Assembly: GCA_038874595.1 (NCBI GenBank)
Contig: JAVZCB010000005.1
Location: 17,594-81,593 of the forward strand
DNA from: Candidatus Micrarchaeia archaeon
GTDB taxonomy: Archaea > Micrarchaeota > Micrarchaeia > CAILAH01
Direction: 5' to 3'
Length of the DNA: 64,000 bases
The notes beneath the pieces are model-generated. The model was not told where the DNA came from and searched no databases. It saw only the letters and a program-made list of their open reading frames with translations. A program made the position numbers and the translations under genes. Positions 59,710-64,000 of the stretch are shown here, in pieces. How positions within the stretch are numbered: position 1 is the first letter of the stretch; each line of letters starts with the position of its first letter.

Positions 59710-60288
59710 ATGAAGGGACAGGTTGAGTTTAAAGAAGAAAAAGTTAGCATTGCTGATTACGCATATGCGTATGTAATGTCCCAAAAAAGCATCCTGAAGA
59801 TAATTAACGCAAAAGAGTGGAAAATATCTGTTGTACTGGCCGTGATTGCGCTTATTGTTGTGGCCTTACCTGCAAGGCAGCCGCTGTCGCTATTTGATTA
59901 TGCCTACAATTTTGCACTTATAGGTGGTGGCCTGGTTATTATAAACGCTCTCGTTTCTGGAATTATATACGCACTCTTTAAGAGAAAGTTTGCACACTGC
60001 TTCTTCTCCATGCTAAAGCTTGCCTCAACAACACTTATCATAAATGCTATTTTATTACTGCTACTTTACGTGGTTGGGCTGCCGTTCGGTGCGAGCCAGA
60101 CACTGCTGGCTGCAGCCGCTACGCTAATTTCAACATATTATTTTGCAGTGTTGCTTGCGATCATCGCCGGGTATGCTACGGATGCATCTGATACGCTGGA
60201 TGAAAAAATAAGAAAACATATTGTTGAGATAGCAACACTGTTGCTGTGGTATGCTTTCACATTCTACCTGCTGCCACTCACACTCTAA
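59710..60288 (+). CDS. Integral membrane protein
   Basis: 192 aa, short soluble N-terminus then 4-5 TM helices; 10 nt downstream of the cyclase. Confidence 0.5.
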   Translation: MKGQVEFKEEKVSIADYAYAYVMSQKSILKIINAKEWKISVVLAVIALIVVALPARQPLSLFDYAYNFALIGGGLVIINALVSGIIYALFKRKFAHCFFSMLKLASTTLIINAILLLLLYVVGLPFGASQTLLAAAATLISTYYFAVLLAIIAGYATDASDTLDEKIRKHIVEIATLLLWYAFTFYLLPLTL

Positions 60289-60327
60289 AAAAATAAAAAA
60301 AGATGTGCCTGCACTGGCGTTACCTTA

Positions 60328-61140
60328 TTAATCTGTGCTTGCAAGGAAGCTCCACCACGGCCTTTTCTCATTTATTATGGTGCCGTTGACCGCATCCACA
60401 GACATCTCAACATCCATATCTGCATCAAACAGCCAGAGCAGTTTTGCACGGCGCGTCGCATTTATTGCATATTGAGGTATACCATTGGCAACGCGAAGCT
60501 CTACTGATTTCATCTCCCTTATGCGTGTTTTTTGGGAAATCTCTGATGGGAGCACGCGTATTGCAACGCTGGATGCGTGGAGCGTGCCGTTCTCTATGCG
60601 GAGGTTCTCGCGCGTGCGCACCCTTACTCCTGCATCATTTATTATTACACCGTCATCTTTTTCTGCGGCCTCTAACCACATATCGCGGTTGTTGGCACGG
60701 ACCCTGACGCGTAAAGTTTCATTAATTGCGAGTGGGACATCCTCAAGGATTGCCGACCTGTTTGATGCTATTATGCGCACCAACATTCCCTGCGGCACAT
60801 CAATCGTGCCGTTCTTGCGGGACTCTATTATGGCGTGCACCTGCTCGGATATGCCGCTCCTGTTGCGCTCCTGCTCCCTCGCCTGCACTGCTTCGGTTGG
60901 TGTGCCAGTCCCGTTCCCGTCCTTCTCCCTTGTTGCCTGCTGCTGCTCGGTGCGGACTCTCTCCTGCTCTTCGATACCGGTACCCTTGCCTGTGCTTGCC
61001 TCATTCTGTTCTCGGATTTCATTCTGAATTTCGTTTTGTGCATTGCTTTTTGCAGCGCCTGAACTTGATATTGCAAGCACTGGGTAAATTGTCAAAAGTG
61101 AAAAAATGCAGATGGCCAACAAGTAATTTTTCAGGTTCAT
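60328..61140 (-). CDS. Secreted hypothetical protein
   Basis: Signal peptide, Gln/Glu-rich low-complexity region, several N-x-T sequons. Confidence 0.45.
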   Translation of the reverse strand: MNLKNYLLAICIFSLLTIYPVLAISSSGAAKSNAQNEIQNEIREQNEASTGKGTGIEEQERVRTEQQQATREKDGNGTGTPTEAVQAREQERNRSGISEQVHAIIESRKNGTIDVPQGMLVRIIASNRSAILEDVPLAINETLRVRVRANNRDMWLEAAEKDDGVIINDAGVRVRTRENLRIENGTLHASSVAIRVLPSEISQKTRIREMKSVELRVANGIPQYAINATRRAKLLWLFDADMDVEMSVDAVNGTIINEKRPWWSFLASTD

Positions 61141-61234
61141 ATCATCACCACTTTGCTATGATTATCTAAATATACGCATATTCATATATATATGTGCAGC
61201 CGCACATTGCATAAGCTAATTGCTTTTTGCCTGC

Positions 61235-62365
61235 TCAGATGTGGTTTTTGCTGCTTGTGCGTATGGCAACATAAAGGAGCATTACAAATGCAAGAACAAC
61301 CGCTGCTGTGCCGCACCCTTGCGGCCTTGGCGCTATATCTGTTGATGTTGAGCTTGTTTGTGAGAGCGGCTCGGATATCTGGTTTATAGTTACCATAGCA
61401 TACAAGCTGAGCCCGTCTGTGTGCACTTCATATATGTAATACCCGTCAATTTCTGAAACTGTTGGGGTTAGCACTTCAACCCTGCCGTCATCAGTATAGC
61501 GGAGTATTACCACTTCACCGGAGACCTGCTCTTTTGGCACTTTAAACCTGAGCGTTGCCGATTTTATATTTACACCATCAAGAAGATTATGCATGTTTAC
61601 CTCGATTGCATCCAAAGCCGAATACCCCGCCGTATTATTATATCTGAGTTGTATCGCCTGCTTGAATTTCTCACGCACTTGGTCATTTAGCTCGGCTCTT
61701 TGCGCATTAATTAATGAGTTCTCATTAACAGAATCTAAATCCGCTGCAATCTCAACACCGAGACCGCTATCAAGAGTGCCTGTAATTGAGAGTATGCCAT
61801 CCTGCAAAGTAAGATGCCCATCCTCCTCATTCACAACTGTACCCCCAAGCGACACTGTTAAGCCTTTGGATGGGTGTTCTTCAAAAGCAATTTTAGGAAT
61901 AGGGTCACAAAAACCAAAAGATTTTGATTTGTCCCCAAGCTTGAATGTACAGCCATCTTTATCACAGGTTGAATATATCTTTGCACCGCGTATGCTACAG
62001 GAGACTGTATGCTCATCGCTGTTGGCACATTTGCACTCTGCACCTGAAATGCTCTTGCACATAATCTGGACAAGAGTTGAGGATGGCTGAATTCTGCCTA
62101 TATCTGTTTCCTCGCCTAATAGTTTTGCCTTACAGGAGTTACCGTCACAGGACACTATAAGGTCCTCTTTTAGGTCTATAACGCAAACCGCACCTCCTTG
62201 CGCTGGCCTGCACGCACAGGATGCGTGGAGCCGTGACTCGCATACCTTTTCAAGCACAAGCGTATTGTTGGACGCTGATGCGGGTATGCATTCCACCTGC
62301 ACGGCGTTAGCTAACGTTGCAAACATTACGAGTGCAACCAGAAAATATTGGATGTTTTGTTGCAT
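61235..62365 (-). CDS. Cysteine-rich secreted protein with C-terminal TM anchor
   Basis: Signal peptide, Cys-rich N-terminal module, C-terminal hydrophobic helix. Confidence 0.5.
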   Translation of the reverse strand: MQQNIQYFLVALVMFATLANAVQVECIPASASNNTLVLEKVCESRLHASCACRPAQGGAVCVIDLKEDLIVSCDGNSCKAKLLGEETDIGRIQPSSTLVQIMCKSISGAECKCANSDEHTVSCSIRGAKIYSTCDKDGCTFKLGDKSKSFGFCDPIPKIAFEEHPSKGLTVSLGGTVVNEEDGHLTLQDGILSITGTLDSGLGVEIAADLDSVNENSLINAQRAELNDQVREKFKQAIQLRYNNTAGYSALDAIEVNMHNLLDGVNIKSATLRFKVPKEQVSGEVVILRYTDDGRVEVLTPTVSEIDGYYIYEVHTDGLSLYAMVTINQISEPLSQTSSTSTDIAPRPQGCGTAAVVLAFVMLLYVAIRTSSKNHI

Positions 62366-62421
62366 AGCCTTAAATAGAGAAGTTTTTATTAAAAAGTTGT
62401 CTATAAAATGAAGGGGGTACC

Positions 62422-62877
62422 ATGCAAAAATTCCATAAAAGAAACTGTGAAAGGAAAAAGAGCCGTTTACCTAATCTTGAGCCAAAGGTTGAGCAGGCGG
62501 TAGGAAATACTAGGCAAAAAGACCTAGATGCAATTCTCCTGAGAGCGGCTGCTGAAAATAATTATGAAAAAGTGGTCAAAGCTGTCCTGGCAGGAGCCAA
62601 TATAAACGCACAGGATGAAGACGGGAATACGCCGCTTATGCACGCCGCATCTAACTTGCGTGAAGATATAGCAAGGTTCCTTCTTGAAAATGGTGCGGAT
62701 ATCAACATCAAGAACAAATACAATAATACTGCCTTAAAGATTGCAAAAGGGTTCTGCAGCAGAAAGGTTATTGCGCTGATTAAAATGTATAAAAAAAGCG
62801 CCTCCAATAAAGCTGCTAATCTTAAGAAAAATGAGTGCAAAAACACAAAAACGGAGGGGTTTTTAGAACCAACCTAA
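62422..62877 (+). CDS. Ankyrin-repeat protein
   Basis: Ankyrin consensus DGNTPLMHAASNLREDIARFLLENGADIN. Confidence 0.65.
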   Translation: MQKFHKRNCERKKSRLPNLEPKVEQAVGNTRQKDLDAILLRAAAENNYEKVVKAVLAGANINAQDEDGNTPLMHAASNLREDIARFLLENGADINIKNKYNNTALKIAKGFCSRKVIALIKMYKKSASNKAANLKKNECKNTKTEGFLEPT

Positions 62878-62895
62878 CTTTGTGTACTCATAAAA

Positions 62896-63012
62896 TGGAC
62901 TCGCGGGGATTTGAACCCCGAGCCTCCACCTTATCCTTCTGCTTTTTGGAAGAGAAAGGGGTCTCCCTGCCTCTCTTGCGAAGGTGGCGTCATGCCGTTA
63001 GACCACGAGCCC
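62896..63012 (-). tRNA. tRNA-Ala (anticodon CGC) with about 45-nt intron
   Basis: Hand-folded cloverleaf: acceptor GGGCUCG/CGAGUCC with G3:U70, T-arm CGGGG-UUCAAAU-CCCCG, anticodon loop UUCGCA[intron]A, discriminator A; T-run follows the 3' end. Confidence 0.8.
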
Positions 63013-63039
63013 AATCCAGATAAGGGTTTTAGGGCGTGT

Positions 63040-63052
63040 TAAATATAAATAG
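63040..63052 (-). promoter_or_regulatory. Putative TATA box of the tRNA-Ala promoter
   Basis: TTTATATT on the minus strand about 30 nt upstream of the tRNA 5' end. Confidence 0.4.
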
Positions 63053-63055
63053 TTA

Positions 63056-63161
63056 GGCGCAGCAGGTTGCAGCGGGTTAAAAATCAGAACTTACAAGCCT
63101 TAAAACAGCGAATGAGATGCCTGCCAGGCGCAGCGGGTTGCAGCGGGTTAAAAATCAGAAC
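63056..63161. repeat. Two 35-bp direct repeats downstream of tfe, each with an oligo-T tract on the minus strand
   Basis: Copies at 63056-63090 and 63127-63161 differ at one position; second copy overlaps the tfe stop; internal tandem GCAGCGGGTT x2. Confidence 0.7.
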
Positions 63162-63622
63162 GTAGAGGCGCGCGCACGCGCATCGCGCTCATTTGCCTCA
63201 ATTGTTGAGCCGCACTTATAACACCTGAAGGAGCAATCAGTCGCGGTATCAAAGTCATACCCTTCCTTGCAGCCACTGCAATAAAATGCGGGGGTATGAG
63301 TCTCAACAACATCCGCCTTAATTACGGTATCACAGTTGTAGTTATTGAGGAATTCTTTTAGCTTGGCCTCTTTAAGCGTCCAGATGTATGTATATTTGCC
63401 AGTATCATCGTCGAAGCTCCTCTTATACTCTATGAGATTGTGGTTAAACAGCTTGTTAAGTACTGCCCTTATCCTTGAAGGCTTGACCTTTATCTGCTTG
63501 GAGATGTATTCTGCAGAAACAGGCTTGTTCAAATATGGGAGTACAACTATGAATAGCTCTCCAAAATGAAGTATTGCCTTATTTTTTATATCAACGTTAC
63601 GGGAGATATATTTTGAAATCAT
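63155..63622 (-). CDS. tfe: Transcription factor E (TFIIE-alpha homolog)
   Basis: N-terminal winged helix and C-terminal zinc ribbon FYCSGC...FRCYKCG. Confidence 0.7.
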   Translation of the reverse strand: MISKYISRNVDIKNKAILHFGELFIVVLPYLNKPVSAEYISKQIKVKPSRIRAVLNKLFNHNLIEYKRSFDDDTGKYTYIWTLKEAKLKEFLNNYNCDTVIKADVVETHTPAFYCSGCKEGYDFDTATDCSFRCYKCGSTIEANERDARARASTF

Positions 63623-63781
63623 ATTATCACGCTCAAGAGGGACTCAGCATAAATATTATATATTTTGTTATTTATATACATTTCTACTCCTCTACGAATG
63701 AAACCCTCCCGCAAATCAGAACGGGTACCAATAACATTTCACTAAAATAATATAAAATTATCTTAGATTTTACATCTATAT

Positions 63782-64000
63782 TTAAATCCTATCCAAATTT
63801 GCCGAACATATGAAGGGCCTAAAATACCTATGTATATTCTGAACATCACGCTCGTGCCATCTCTCAAACAACGGGTGGCTCTTAACAACCCCCTGCGCAA
63901 GGTCTATTATCCAAAGCTCGCCATTCCGGGCGCACAGCACGTTGTATTCGCTTAAATCAGCGTGAGTAAAGCCGTTTTTGTACATTTTTTCCACCGCATT
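63782..64000 (-). CDS. RIO-type serine/threonine kinase (C-terminal part; gene continues beyond window end)
   Basis: HADLSEYNVL and IIDLAQGV motifs; frame remains open to the window edge. Confidence 0.6.
   Translation of the reverse strand, partial: NAVEKMYKNGFTHADLSEYNVLCARNGELWIIDLAQGVVKSHPLFERWHERDVQNIHRYFRPFICSANLDRI

Noticed and set aside
58774-60288. Pycsar-like antiviral module (cyclase plus TM effector)
   Set aside because: The downstream membrane protein is too small to hold a cyclic-nucleotide-binding domain and the cyclase has adenylyl-type Lys/Asp specificity residues; a metabolic or signalling role is more likely, though not excluded without alignment.
62896-63161. Integrated mobile element at tRNA-Ala
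   Set aside because: No integrase, transposase or partial tRNA duplication is visible; the direct repeats nearby duplicate the tfe 3' end and look like terminator elements.

Overview
Archaeal chromosomal segment of roughly 45% GC, densely packed with information-processing genes on both strands and no obvious mobile element or CRISPR array. Recognisable genes include orc1/cdc6 with an AT-rich candidate origin upstream, RFC large and small subunits, RNase HII, Hjc, an Mre11-like nuclease, UvdE, an Lhr-like helicase, a RecJ-like DHH protein, class II ribonucleotide reductase, MetRS, aIF5B, TFE, and a ribosome-rescue neighbourhood (ABCE1, Pelota, an NFACT-N-like protein). Two RNA genes were found by reading the sequence: an intron-containing tRNA-Ala(CGC) on the minus strand and a structured ~340-nt element that I interpret as RNase P RNA. 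The most unusual coding arrangement is a tightly coupled plus-strand operon: ADP-forming acetyl-CoA synthetase beta and alpha subunits, a membrane-anchored class III adenylyl cyclase, and a small membrane protein. Other notable items are a LonB-like AAA+ ATPase lacking a protease domain, two ankyrin-repeat proteins, a large set of secreted or anchored surface proteins, a 77-bp tandem repeat, and short duplications of gene 3' ends. All functional calls come from motif recognition by eye; no database search was run. The ORF track translates some TTG/GTG starts as M, so several start coordinates are uncertain, and hand-derived coordinates may be off by a base or two.
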